From: Gammaproteobacteria bacterium
GTDB lineage: Bacteria; Pseudomonadota; Gammaproteobacteria; CBDBNL01; JAAOII01
Length of the DNA: 64,000 bases
Assembly: GCA_965209035.1 (NCBI GenBank)
Contig: OZ242372.1
Location: 1,568,001-1,632,000, forward strand
Reading direction: 5' to 3'
The notes beneath the pieces are model-generated. The model was given only the letters and a program-made list of their open reading frames with translations, had not been told where the DNA came from and ran no database searches. Below, piece by piece: positions 20,903 to 30,857 of the stretch. Position numbers and translations under genes: made by a program. The first letter of the stretch is position 1. Every line of letters begins with the position of its first letter.

Positions 20903-21718
20903 TTAAGAGGGCGGATTGAGCGCATCCGCATAGGATGCCATCTGCCGCATCAGCGGTTCGTTCGGCTGCGTTTTGCCTCTGCTTTCTCTGCTTTCCCTGA
21001 TTGTCTTGATCAAGGCACTGCCAACCACAACCCCGGCTAGGGCGGGGATCTTGGCGAACTCGCGGACATTGTCGGGTGTCTTGATGCCAAAGCCGGCGAC
21101 AACCGGCAGCGAGGGCTGCAAGAGTTCAAGATGTTCGCGCACCCGGCTCGGCTCGGCCGCGGTTGTGCCGGTGATGCCGGTGATGGTTACATAATACAAA
21201 AAACCGCGCGCATGCGAAGAAATAAGAGTTAATCGCTGCGGGTCGGTGGTGGGGGTAATCAAACGCACTTGGCACAGATCTTCGCCGCAGGCGGCGCGCA
21301 GGTCCGCATCTTCTTCCGGCGGCAGGTCCACCACAATCATTCCGTCCGCGCCGGCCCGACGAATGTCCCGGGCGAAGTGTTTCAAACCATAGCGAAACAC
21401 CGGGTTGTAGTAACCCATCAGAATCAAGGGAGTATCCGGGTTGGCAGCGCGAAACTTCGCGATCATTTCCGGCACCGAGCGGATGGAGAAGCCTAATGCC
21501 AAGGCTTCTTTGCCGGCGTTGCGAATTTCGCCGCCGTCCGCGGCCGGGTCGCTAAACGGAATCCCCATTTCCACCAGATCGGCGCCGTGTTTCGGCAGTT
21601 GGCAGAGAAGACGCAAACTTGTTTCTTTGTCGGGATAACCCGCCATCAGAAAGGGGATCAGCGCGCGCCGGCCGCTTTTCTTTAACCGGGCAAAAGTATT
21701 CTCTATGCGTTGATTCAT
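20903..21718 (-). CDS. trpA: Tryptophan synthase alpha chain
   Basis: EMGIPFSDPAADG, LMGYYNP, VDLPPEE, GITG, GFGI, VVVGSA. Confidence 0.95.
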   Translation of the reverse strand: MNQRIENTFARLKKSGRRALIPFLMAGYPDKETSLRLLCQLPKHGADLVEMGIPFSDPAADGGEIRNAGKEALALGFSIRSVPEMIAKFRAANPDTPLILMGYYNPVFRYGLKHFARDIRRAGADGMIVVDLPPEEDADLRAACGEDLCQVRLITPTTDPQRLTLISSHARGFLYYVTITGITGTTAAEPSRVREHLELLQPSLPVVAGFGIKTPDNVREFAKIPALAGVVVGSALIKTIRESRESRGKTQPNEPLMRQMASYADALNPPS

Positions 21719-22692
21719 ACCACCTCGGCTCTGAGCAGATCGTGCATATTCAACGCGCCCGCCAGTTCGCCTTCTTTGTTGAGAACCGGCAGTGCGCTAA
21801 TCTTGTGCGTGTCCATAATTGCCAATGCTTCGGCCGCCAGGGCGTCCTCGTGAATTGTGCGAAAATCTTGCGTCATTGCATCGGCAATCAGGACGCTGTG
21901 GACATCCTTGCCCTGATCCAACAAGCGGCGCAAGTCGCCGTCGGTAAAAACCCCGACCAGTTCTTCTTTGGCATTTACAACGGTTGTCATGCCCAGTTTC
22001 TTTTCGGTCATTTCTATCAGGGCGGCGGCAAGATTCATATCCTCTCTCACCTTCGGCAGATTGACACCGCTGTGCATAATATCTTTCACTTTAAGGAGCA
22101 GTTTCTTGCCCAGCGCGCCCTTGGGATGTGAGAACGCAAAATCATCGGCGGTGAAGCCGCGCGCCTCCAACAAGCAAATTGCCAAAGCGTCTCCCATCAC
22201 CAGAGATGCGGTTGTGCTTGATGTGGGCGCAAGATTCAGAGGGCAGGCTTCTTTTTTAATGCCGACATGAAGATGCACATCCGCCTCCTTTGCCATAACG
22301 GAATGCGGGTTGCCGGTGACGGAGATCATTTTGACACCGAGCCTCTTGATGAGGGGCAGCAGATGCACCACTTCTTCGGTTTTGCCGGAATAAGAAAGCA
22401 GCAGCACCACATCGCCGGTGGCGATCGTCCCCATATCGCCGTGACCCGCTTCGCCCGGATGCACAAAAAATGCCGGCGAGCCTGTGCTGGAGAAGGTTGC
22501 CGCCATCTTGCGGGCGATATGACCGGATTTGCCCATCCCGATGACAACAATTTTGCCGCGGCATTTCAAAAGAATTTTGCATGCCCGGACAAAGTCCGCA
22601 TTGATCACCTTTTCTTGTTCCCGAATTGCCTCGGCTTCTATTTGCAAGGTTCTCTTGCCGATTTCAATGATATCGGCTTCTTTAATTTTCAT
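21715..22692 (-). CDS. kdsD: Arabinose 5-phosphate isomerase (KpsF/GutQ), SIS + 2 CBS domains
   Basis: GMGKSGHIARK, HPGEAGHGDMG, EACPLNLAPTSSTT, HPKGALG, TDGDLRR. Confidence 0.95.
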   Translation of the reverse strand: MKIKEADIIEIGKRTLQIEAEAIREQEKVINADFVRACKILLKCRGKIVVIGMGKSGHIARKMAATFSSTGSPAFFVHPGEAGHGDMGTIATGDVVLLLSYSGKTEEVVHLLPLIKRLGVKMISVTGNPHSVMAKEADVHLHVGIKKEACPLNLAPTSSTTASLVMGDALAICLLEARGFTADDFAFSHPKGALGKKLLLKVKDIMHSGVNLPKVREDMNLAAALIEMTEKKLGMTTVVNAKEELVGVFTDGDLRRLLDQGKDVHSVLIADAMTQDFRTIHEDALAAEALAIMDTHKISALPVLNKEGELAGALNMHDLLRAEVV

Positions 22693-22695
22693 TTC

Positions 22696-23202
22696 TCAGC
22701 GAGAGCGGTTCATTTTTTCAAAATACTTCTGGTGATATTCTTCGGCATTATGGAAGTCCCCCGCCCGGGCAATTTCCGTTACAACCGGGCGGCTGTGCCG
22801 GTCGGCAATTGTCTGCCGAGATGCTTCCGCCTGTTCTTTTTGTCGCGCCGATGTGTAAAAAATTGCGGAACGATACTGGCTGCCGACATCCGGGCCCTGA
22901 CGATCTTTGGTTGTCGGATCATGGCATCCCCAAAAAACACCGAGCAGTTTCTCGTAAGACACTTCGGCGGGATCATATTCAATTTTGACGGCTTCCGCAT
23001 GACCGGTTGTGCCGTCGCACACTTCCGCGTACACCGGGTTTTTGGTCTTGCCGCCGGTATAGCCGACAAGCGTTCCCGTAACACCCGGCACCTTGTCGAA
23101 AAGATCTTGGATATGCCAGAAGCACCCCGCGGCAAAGATGGCTGTTTCTGTCTCTGCTCCTGTTCCCGCCCCTGTCCCGGCTTCGTTTTGTTTTAAGTTC
23201 AT
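22696..23202 (-). CDS. msrA: Peptide-methionine (S)-S-oxide reductase
   Basis: AAGCFW, GYTGG, TGHAEAV, DPT...[23 protein letters not shown]. Confidence 0.95.
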   Translation of the reverse strand: MNLKQNEAGTGAGTGAETETAIFAAGCFWHIQDLFDKVPGVTGTLVGYTGGKTKNPVYAEVCDGTTGHAEAVKIEYDPAEVSYEKLLGVFWGCHDPTTKDRQGPDVGSQYRSAIFYTSARQKEQAEASRQTIADRHSRPVVTEIARAGDFHNAEEYHQKYFEKMNRSR

Positions 23203-24974
23203 AATTGTATTTTAGAACTTTTTTGTGATTCGGACAGCCCCGTATCCAAACTCTTTAACTCTTCGTTTAACTTTTGCAAGACACCTCGCAAGGATTCGGT
23301 TTTTTCCGCATCGCCTTTTGTTTCCCATTTTGCAATTGCCTGTTTGGTCTTCTCCGCTTGCACTTGCAACATCGCAATTTTACGCTCTCGTGCCGCCTTC
23401 TCATCCGCAGGCACTTTTTTGGTGCCGCCGGCGCCGGCGATCTTGGCGGTGCCGGCAGGATCCGCGGCTTCCCGTAATCTTTGCCGGCGTTCCAATCGGC
23501 GCTGCTCCAACTGCCGGGCTTCTTCTTCCGTGCGTTTTTTGTGATCTGTGAACCGTTGGCGGGCTCGGTCCGCTTTCATTTGACGCTTGTTCTCGGCTTT
23601 TAATTCTTCCTTCGCAAAGATATAATAATCGCTCAGCGGGATCTTGCTCGGGCAAACATAGTCGCAGACGGCGCACTCTATACAGTCATCCAGATGATGG
23701 TCCTCCGCGGTTTCCAATTGATCCGCTTTAATCAGGCGGTACAGAAACTGCGGTTGCAACAGAACCGGACAGACCTGTTCGCACAGACCGCAGCCGATGC
23801 ATTCCCGATGTGTATTGTCCGGCCTGACCTCGTCGGCAGGGCGCATCAGCAAAAAACAATTGGTGCCGGGGCTGATCGGCATATCAGTATCCGTCACCGG
23901 ATAATTCATCATACCGCCGCCCATCAGTAGTTTTTTGTCACGCCAATCGGACTGACCGGTTGCATCCAGCAAATCCTTCACAGGCATCCAAAGAGGAACC
24001 CGATAGTTGCGCGGCTGCTCGGCCGCATTGCCGCTGATTGTCACGATGCGCTCGTTCAAAACCTCGTTGTATAGGACCGCCCGCCGGATAGCGCAAACGG
24101 TGGCAACATTCAAACAGAGAATACCGACATCCGCGGGTAATTTTCCTTGCGGGACTTCCAGGTTTAACAGAACCGAAATTAACTGTTTCTCGCCGCCTGT
24201 CGGATAGACGGCTTCAATTTCCCGCAAGGCGATCTTGGGGATGGCGGTGGATTTGGGTTTGGATGTAGATGCCCCTTGGATATTTTTTTTCAAAGATTGT
24301 TTCACCGCCCGGATTGCCGAGATCATATTTTCTTCTATGCCGATGATAATCTTTTTGGGGCGCAACATTTTGGCAAGCACCAGTATGCCGCCGAGCAGTT
24401 CGTCGCTCCTTTGCTCCAACAGACAATGGTCGGCGGTGATATAGGGCTCGCATTCGGCCGCATTGATGATCAGAGTATTCGGGGTCTTGAATGAGCGAAT
24501 CTTAATAAGAGTTGGAAAGCCGCCGCCGCCCATACCATAGATGCCGGCCCGGGCAATTCGCCGCATCAGCTCGTCCGTCTCGCATTCTTCCCAATGTTGT
24601 GCGCCTTGGGGAGGATCTTCCCGCAGATGTTTGCCGTCGCTTTCCAGCACCAAAGTCGGACTGCGGTAGGGGACTCTGCCGGAGATGAGAATCTCTTTTT
24701 CGGCGACGATCTTACCGGAATCCGGCGCGCGAATTTGCCGTTCATCGGAGACTGTGGGGATGTTGAGCAACTGCCCGCCGCGCACATGATCGCCGACCGA
24801 AACCGACATCCGATGGAGTTTGCCGTTGCGACTGCGATAGGGGATATGAAAGACTTTTGCCGATAAGCGAACGAGCGGGTTTTGCAGTGAAATGTCTTTG
24901 TGCTCCGGCGGCTTAATGCCGCCGTGCAGTCCGCCGCCGAGTCCGAGCAGGCTAAGCGGTGGCATCTGTGGCAA
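23199..24974 (-). CDS. rnfC: Rnf/Rsx electron transport complex subunit C
   Basis: [31 protein letters not shown], two 4Fe-4S motifs, coiled-coil tail. Confidence 0.93.
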   Translation of the reverse strand: MPQMPPLSLLGLGGGLHGGIKPPEHKDISLQNPLVRLSAKVFHIPYRSRNGKLHRMSVSVGDHVRGGQLLNIPTVSDERQIRAPDSGKIVAEKEILISGRVPYRSPTLVLESDGKHLREDPPQGAQHWEECETDELMRRIARAGIYGMGGGGFPTLIKIRSFKTPNTLIINAAECEPYITADHCLLEQRSDELLGGILVLAKMLRPKKIIIGIEENMISAIRAVKQSLKKNIQGASTSKPKSTAIPKIALREIEAVYPTGGEKQLISVLLNLEVPQGKLPADVGILCLNVATVCAIRRAVLYNEVLNERIVTISGNAAEQPRNYRVPLWMPVKDLLDATGQSDWRDKKLLMGGGMMNYPVTDTDMPISPGTNCFLLMRPADEVRPDNTHRECIGCGLCEQVCPVLLQPQFLYRLIKADQLETAEDHHLDDCIECAVCDYVCPSKIPLSDYYIFAKEELKAENKRQMKADRARQRFTDHKKRTEEEARQLEQRRLERRQRLREAADPAGTAKIAGAGGTKKVPADEKAARERKIAMLQVQAEKTKQAIAKWETKGDAEKTESLRGVLQKLNEELKSLDTGLSESQKSSKIQL

Positions 24975-25518
24975 TCAACAGCGGGTTTTGCACGGGGCGA
25001 GACGGCGGGATATGGACGGCAAAGGATTCGGTTTCCACCATATCTATACAGTCAACCGGGCAAGGATCCACGCAGAGGTCACATCCCGTACATTCGTCCG
25101 CGATCACGGTGTGCATTTTTTTTGCCGCCCCCACAATCGCATCCACCGGGCAGGCACGAATGCATTTCATGCAACCGATGCACTCGTCTTCGCGAATGAC
25201 CGCCACTTTCGGCGGCGCTTCTTCGCCGTGTTCTCCGTCCAAAGGCAAAGGATCCTTTCCCAGGAGATCCGCCAGAGCGGCAATGGTGGCGGTTCCTCCG
25301 GGCGGGCATTTGTTGATGCGGTCGCCGCCGGCAATGGCCTCCGCATAGGGACGACAACCCGGATAACCGCATTGTCCGCACTGTGTTTGCGGTAGCAGGG
25401 CATCAATTTTGTCTACGGTCGGATCGCGTTTGACGCGCAAAAAAAATGCCGCCGTCCCCAACAAGAGGCCGATGAGCAACGAAAAAAGAATTAAAGCAAG
25501 TAAGGAGGCAAACGACAT
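24952..25518 (-). CDS. rnfB: Rnf/Rsx electron transport complex subunit B
   Basis: [48 protein letters not shown]. Confidence 0.95.
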   Translation of the reverse strand: MSFASLLALILFSLLIGLLLGTAAFFLRVKRDPTVDKIDALLPQTQCGQCGYPGCRPYAEAIAGGDRINKCPPGGTATIAALADLLGKDPLPLDGEHGEEAPPKVAVIREDECIGCMKCIRACPVDAIVGAAKKMHTVIADECTGCDLCVDPCPVDCIDMVETESFAVHIPPSRPVQNPLLIATDATA

Positions 25519-25552
25519 TTCCTGCTTTTTATTATAAAGACGGGCAATCCGT

Positions 25553-26149
25553 TTGCCACTCTATAAAATGAGGAATATGCGACTTCTTTTTGGGCGGATG
25601 TTTCTTCGGATGTTTTTTCGAGTGCTCCTGCGGATGGTATGGATCATTGTTTTCACAATATCTCCCGTTATGGCGGATGATTGGGGTTTCGGCGTCCAAG
25701 CCGGGGCGGATGACGGTGCTTTGAGTTTAAATTACGCGGTGCGGGATAGCGAGAAGAGCCTGCGCGAATGGACGCTCGGATATCGCGAATACACGCGCAG
25801 ACATGCCGCCGGACACACCGAGGAAAACGGCAGAGGATGGGGATTGGGCTTTTCTTGGCGTTATTATTTTCCAAAGACCGCGCCGTTTTTTCTCGGAGTC
25901 CGCCACGATTGGTGGGTGATGCAAGTTGCTTGGGAGGAGGATGCATCCCCGGGGCGGGGCGAAGCGGAAACGGGAAAGACCGATGTTCATATATTGCAGC
26001 CGGCTCTGATTCTCGGCTGGACACCGGCAACGGCAAAAGTTTCCGCGGACTTTTACTTTCTCGGCGGCTATGGTTTTGTTGCCGCCGCGCGGGGCGAGAG
26101 CGTTTCGCAAGTTCCCGCTTTATCTTTTGGCGTGGCTTTGCGCTTCTAA
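25553..26149 (+). CDS. Hypothetical outer-membrane beta-barrel protein (start probably downstream)
   Basis: Signal-like [14 protein letters not shown], alternating aromatic strands, C-terminal GVALRF. Confidence 0.6.
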   Translation: MPLYKMRNMRLLFGRMFLRMFFRVLLRMVWIIVFTISPVMADDWGFGVQAGADDGALSLNYAVRDSEKSLREWTLGYREYTRRHAAGHTEENGRGWGLGFSWRYYFPKTAPFFLGVRHDWWVMQVAWEEDASPGRGEAETGKTDVHILQPALILGWTPATAKVSADFYFLGGYGFVAAARGESVSQVPALSFGVALRF

Positions 26150-26229
26150 AGCCGCGGTCCCGCTTTTTTGGAGAGGGTAATAGATTGTTGTCAAAGAATA
26201 CCAAGGAGGCAATATCGCTTGCAAAGAAG

Positions 26230-26238
26230 TGGTATAAT
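26230..26238 (+). promoter_or_regulatory. Extended -10 promoter of tRNA-Leu
   Basis: TGgTATAAT 11 nt upstream of the tRNA. Confidence 0.6.
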
Positions 26239-26249
26239 TTTTGAAGGTT

Positions 26250-26333
26250 GCCGAGATGGTGAAATTGGTAGACACGCTAGCTTCAGGAGCTAGTGGGAGT
26301 AATCCCGTGGAGGTTCGAGTCCTCTTCTCGGCA
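26250..26333 (+). tRNA. tRNA-Leu (CAG); CCA not encoded
   Basis: GCCGAGA/TCTCGGC acceptor stem, CTAGC-TTCAGGA-GCTAG anticodon arm, long variable arm, GGTTCGAGTCC T-arm. Confidence 0.96.
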
Positions 26334-26486
26334 GGTCGTGATTTTTGAAAGAACAGGCGTTGGCTCGTTAATTTGTGGCGACCGGGGCCGGGGGACCGAG
26401 GGACCGGAGGCCGGACCGGTAAGAGAGCAAACAGACATTTATATGGTTATTATTATGATAGAAAATAAAAGGACAGAAAAAGAAAA

Positions 26487-27731
26487 ATGGACAAAGATAA
26501 ATTGTATGAGACGGCGTTGGATTATCACAAAAGAAAACCCGCGGGTAAGTTGGCGATCAAACTGACAAAACCCACCAATACTTCGCAAGACCTTTCTCTT
26601 GCCTACAGCCCCGGGGTGGCAGCCCCTGTGCTGGAAATTGCAAAGGATAAAATCAATGCGTATGAGTACACCGCCAAGGGAAACCTGGTTGGCATCATCT
26701 CAAACGGCAGTGCTATTCTCGGGTTGGGAAACCTGGGGGCACTGGCTAGCAAGCCGGTCATGGAAGGCAAGGCGGTACTTTTTAAGCGTTTCGCTGACAT
26801 AGATGCGTTTGATCTGGAAGTCAACGAATCGGACCCGGATAAGTTCATTGAAATCGTGCATTCCTTAGCGGACTCGTTTGGCGGTATTAATCTGGAAGAC
26901 ATCAAGGGACCCGAATGCTTTTACATAGAAAAGAAACTGCAATCTTTGTGCGACATACCCGTATTTCACGATGACCAGCACGGAACGGCAATTGTCACAC
27001 TGGCGGCATTGTTGAACGCGTTAAAAATTCAAGGCAAGAAGTTGTCATCTATAAAGATAGTCTGTCTGGGGGCGGGTGCCGCCGCGATTGCGACCATAGA
27101 ACTTTTAATTCATATCGGGGCAAAGAAAAAGAATGTTGTTCTGGTGGACAGCGGCGGCGTGGTGTATCACGGGCGTTCCAATGTTTCCGCCACCAAGGCG
27201 CCGTTCGCTTTGCGGACCGATGCCCGAACTCTGGCGGATGTGTGCGCGGGCGCGGATATCGTTTTGGGTTTTGCCAGAGGAAATATGTTGACACCGGATG
27301 ACTTGAAGTCCATGGCGGCCAAGCCGATTATCTTTGCTTGCGCGAACCCGGATCCGGAAATTAAACCGGAGCTGGCGCGTGCGACACGCTCGGATGTGAT
27401 TATTGCAACAGGCCGCTCGGATTATCCGAATCAGGTGAATAATGTCCTCGCATTCCCTTATATTTTTGCCGGAGCTCTTGCTACCAGAGCGAGTCGGATT
27501 AACACGGAAATGAAGGTTGCCTGTGCGGAAGCGATTGGCAAACTCATATACGAAGAAACGCCCGCCTCGGTGAAAAAGTTGTATAAAAAAGAGAATCTGG
27601 TGCCGGGGCCGGAGTACATCTTGCCAAAACCGATGGACCCGAGATTGTTGGAGACGGTCGGTTCGGCGGTTGCCGAGGCCGCCATTCGGACCAAGGTGGC
27701 TCGTGTTTCTGTTGCAAAAACGAGGAAATAG
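26487..27731 (+). CDS. maeB: NAD(P)-dependent malic enzyme (short form, no PTA domain)
   Basis: LSLAYSPGVA, SKPVMEGK, GGINLEDI, FHDDQHGTA, GAGAAA, TGRSDYPNQVNN. Confidence 0.93.
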   Translation: MDKDKLYETALDYHKRKPAGKLAIKLTKPTNTSQDLSLAYSPGVAAPVLEIAKDKINAYEYTAKGNLVGIISNGSAILGLGNLGALASKPVMEGKAVLFKRFADIDAFDLEVNESDPDKFIEIVHSLADSFGGINLEDIKGPECFYIEKKLQSLCDIPVFHDDQHGTAIVTLAALLNALKIQGKKLSSIKIVCLGAGAAAIATIELLIHIGAKKKNVVLVDSGGVVYHGRSNVSATKAPFALRTDARTLADVCAGADIVLGFARGNMLTPDDLKSMAAKPIIFACANPDPEIKPELARATRSDVIIATGRSDYPNQVNNVLAFPYIFAGALATRASRINTEMKVACAEAIGKLIYEETPASVKKLYKKENLVPGPEYILPKPMDPRLLETVGSAVAEAAIRTKVARVSVAKTRK

Positions 27732-27929
27732 CATTCGGTTTGACCGACCGTGAAATTGAAATAAAAAGGTCTCGCGGGACCGCCTGGCTCTGAATAGCCC
27801 GGCGGTCAGTGCATCCGCACATCCGCACATCCGTGCAAGGGATAAAAACCGCTATTTCGGGAGCAAATGCAACTTTCCGAACTTTCCAAATTTTTTGATG
27901 CTACATCCGATGCTCAATGATAATTCACT

Positions 27930-28030
27930 CCGATCAATTTTGAGAAGACCTCGGCGGGTGTTTTAATCCGAGTCGCTTGTGCGCTCGGCGGTTAATTCGG
28001 TGAATGATAATCTGCGAATAGTCATTTCAA
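27930..28030 (-). pseudogene. IS30-family transposase C-terminal remnant
   Basis: Minus strand reads IIHRINRRAHKRLGLK/TPAEVFSKL with one frameshift, like the IS30 motif LNNRPRKRLGxxTPxEVF. Confidence 0.6.
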
Positions 28031-28270
28031 ACTTCCCCGTTGTGTGCGCAAACAGTTCGTGTAGGTTCGGTTCTTAATAGAAAGAGCCCAAAGCCGGGCG
28101 AGATGATATACAAAGACCCCCCCAAGTGAGTGGATGCTACTTTATTTGGCAATCACCGGGGATGCGGCCTGCGGACACAGTTAGGTACTTGGCAGGCTAT
28201 TAAAAGTTCAGGCTATTGGAAATTGAATGAGGTGTGTCATCTTAGTAACCTTGGCAATCTTAACTTGGTT

Positions 28271-28325
28271 AAAAAAAAGGGGGACCGAATCACGCATCGC
28301 GTTGCGATGCACTCAACGATCCCCC
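28271..28325 (-). terminator. Long hairpin + U8; intrinsic terminator downstream of lolB (or 3' end of a small RNA)
   Basis: GGGGGATCG...GCATCGC-AAC-GCGATGC...CGGTCCCCC then T8 on the minus strand. Confidence 0.7.
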
Positions 28326-28503
28326 GCAGCGGAGGCTATGTTCCCCTATTATACGCAATTAAGAGAGAATGATCTCTTTTTTCTTATTATATGTCTTTTT
28401 TTTAATTTTTTTAATTTTCAAAATATGAGAGAGCGGATCTTCATTTTGGGCTTATTACTCTCTTTTCCCCCTCTTTTCTCTTTCTCCCCGCCTCAATATT
28501 ATT

Positions 28504-29007
28504 TTATGTTCTTTCCAAAATGGCAAGCGTAACGCGGGACGGAGGCTTTTGGGCGCGAATGAGACGGGGATAACCGTTTTTGTATTTCAGATAGACAATT
28601 TCCCAGCCGTTCTGTCGGATTGAGACAATCTGTCCGCGTGCGTTACGGTTCATTTCGGCGGGGAAGGCGGGATGCGGACTGATATGGATCCAATATTCCA
28701 AATAGGTAAGCGGGAAGTGCCGCAGGTCGACTCTTGCCGCAAAGTCTGCGCGGACAGCCAGAGTTCGGTTTTCACCCGAGCGTCTCATTCTTGCCAATTC
28801 GCTACCCGCGGAAAGAACCGCGACATAATCGGCGCCGGACTGTTCCCATAGCAGGTCGGCACTTCCTCCTTTGCCGGCATGGTTGTAGCCGATACGCATC
28901 TTCTGGCGGAAATCGGTTTTTTGATGATGAACCGGTTGCGGTAAAGAGGCGCATGCGGCGACCAAGAAGAAAATGGGGATCAGTTGGAAGAATCTTGGCA
29001 GGTGCAT
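28504..29007 (-). CDS. lolB: Outer-membrane lipoprotein LolB-like
   Basis: Lipobox LVAAC; LEYWI, IRQNGWEIVY, YPRLIRA pattern; start at MHLPRFF. Confidence 0.7.
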   Translation of the reverse strand: MHLPRFFQLIPIFFLVAACASLPQPVHHQKTDFRQKMRIGYNHAGKGGSADLLWEQSGADYVAVLSAGSELARMRRSGENRTLAVRADFAARVDLRHFPLTYLEYWIHISPHPAFPAEMNRNARGQIVSIRQNGWEIVYLKYKNGYPRLIRAQKPPSRVTLAILERT

Positions 29008-29177
29008 CGATGCTTGGATGCTTGGGGGCTTGATGGCTTGGGGGGCTTGGGCCTTGAAAGTGAGAAGTCGGATGTTTGGGTTGAATAGCACGCAAATCTT
29101 ATTTTGGAGGCTGTGGAGGCTGTGGAGGCTGTGAAAGCTGCGGAAAAATGAGCCGGCGGATGTCGGTCGTCATGTGA

Positions 29178-30845
29178 TCATGCTCTCGCTTGCGAATCCC
29201 TCCCCGTAGCCGCCGCCGTATTATTCTCATCCTTATCCCCGCCCCCCGTATGAGCAACATAATTTTGAATAAAGCGGTCAAAGTCGGCGGGATTGTTGCG
29301 AGGGTGCAAGGCAAGGAGTTTTTTTTCTTCTTGTAAGGAGTGCCGGGCTTCCGCAGGCAATTTTTCCCGCAGGGCGGGATCCTGTGGAAAAGAATCGTAA
29401 TATTTTTTGTGGCGGTCTTTTAGCAGAATACCGGCTTCCAGGAATTCCAATTTGTCTGTGCGAATCATATGCATCAGTTGTTTGGCGGGGTGTCGGCTCG
29501 GGTCTTCGGAACGAGAGCGGACAGATGCCAAACTTTCCGAATAAGGTTTTGTGTTGTTTTGCGGTCCCGTTTGATCCATGATTTCGGCAAGGGGAGATAA
29601 CTCGTCTAAAAAGTGCTCCGTTGCCTGTTTAACGGATGTCGGCTTTTGATCCTTGATGAAAATAAACCGCTTATCCGGTTCCAGATTGTTTTGGGTGATT
29701 TGCGTTTCCGTGTGTGTGATTCTTTCGCACTCGTCGGTGTCGATGGGCGGGGAATCTTTTAGAACACAATAGGTCATTAATAGTTGAAGAAAACGGATGT
29801 GCCGGACACCGATGCCCGCGGGTAAGAAAGGGTCTATATCCAGGTTGCGAATCTCCACATACTCCACGCCGTGTTCGCGCAGCATATCTATGGTTTTTTT
29901 CTCGGATGTTCTGGTGGACTTGGGACGCACCGAGGCATAATATTCGTTTTCTATTTGAAGGATGTTGGCGTTCAACTGTTGGTATTCTCCGTCCGCTCCT
30001 TTAATTCCGGCCGCCGCATATCGGGGGTCTTCTTCGCCGAGCATTTTGCCGACCGCTTCCAGGTAGTGTTCCAAACTGTTGAAGCAGATTTTCATGATCT
30101 TGGTATTTTGGTTGACATAGCCCAAGGAACTCATTCGCAAACAGGAAGAATGCGGCCGGGCAAGAGTGCGTTTGCCAAACGGGCGCAAGAAGGAGGGCGG
30201 GGCGGTGCCGTCCAAAAATGAGTTGTCCAATGCGGGCGAAGCGCCGAACAAATAATTGATCACCCAGATGATGCGCAGATAGTTACGCATCAGATGAAAG
30301 TACAGTTGGTTGGGTGACAGGGTTTTGCCGCTGAGTTCGCGATGCAAGTCAAAGAATGCCGGGCGGAAGGAAAAATTGAAATGAATTCCCGCAATGGTTT
30401 GCATGCGTTTGCCGTATCTGAGTGCCAGGCCGCGTCGGTAGATATGCCGCAGGCGACCGGCATAGGAATCCCCGTATTTGGCGATTTCTGTTTTTTCGAT
30501 ATTATCCATGGCCGGCGGCATAGAAAAGGGCCACATCTGTTCGTTTTGCCGGTTTAGAATTTCCGCAACGAAGGCATGGGTTCCCTCAAGAAAACGAATT
30601 AATGCTTCCGCGTTCGCGAAAGGCGGGGTGGTGAACTCCAACAGGGACTCGGCAAAATCCGTGGTGATGAACGGATGGGTCAGGGGCGAACCCGCCGCCT
30701 GCGGATGCGGCGATTTTGATATCCAACAGTCGTTTTGAACCCGCATGGTTTCTCTTTCCAAACCGCACAGGAATAGTTGGTCCGCGGTGACGGCGGTGCG
30801 GCGGCCGCGCCACTTGGAGAGGAGACTGTGATAGTGATCTGCCAC
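29178..30845 (-). CDS. gshA: Glutamate--cysteine ligase
   Basis: GLERETMRV, HPFITTDFAESLLEFTTP, GIHFNFS, LRMSSLGY, LQIENEYY, GVEYVEIR. Confidence 0.96.
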   Translation of the reverse strand: MADHYHSLLSKWRGRRTAVTADQLFLCGLERETMRVQNDCWISKSPHPQAAGSPLTHPFITTDFAESLLEFTTPPFANAEALIRFLEGTHAFVAEILNRQNEQMWPFSMPPAMDNIEKTEIAKYGDSYAGRLRHIYRRGLALRYGKRMQTIAGIHFNFSFRPAFFDLHRELSGKTLSPNQLYFHLMRNYLRIIWVINYLFGASPALDNSFLDGTAPPSFLRPFGKRTLARPHSSCLRMSSLGYVNQNTKIMKICFNSLEHYLEAVGKMLGEEDPRYAAAGIKGADGEYQQLNANILQIENEYYASVRPKSTRTSEKKTIDMLREHGVEYVEIRNLDIDPFLPAGIGVRHIRFLQLLMTYCVLKDSPPIDTDECERITHTETQITQNNLEPDKRFIFIKDQKPTSVKQATEHFLDELSPLAEIMDQTGPQNNTKPYSESLASVRSRSEDPSRHPAKQLMHMIRTDKLEFLEAGILLKDRHKKYYDSFPQDPALREKLPAEARHSLQEEKKLLALHPRNNPADFDRFIQNYVAHTGGGDKDENNTAAATGRDSQARA

Positions 30846-30857
30846 GGGTTTACTTAA

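Noticed and set aside
22267-23196. Long antisense ORFs (also 15027-15833, 57269-58216 and many others)
   Set aside because: Shadow frames of well-supported genes on the opposite strand; no motifs.
26250-26333. tRNA-Leu as an island integration site
   Set aside because: No duplicated tRNA 3' end or integrase seen in the window.
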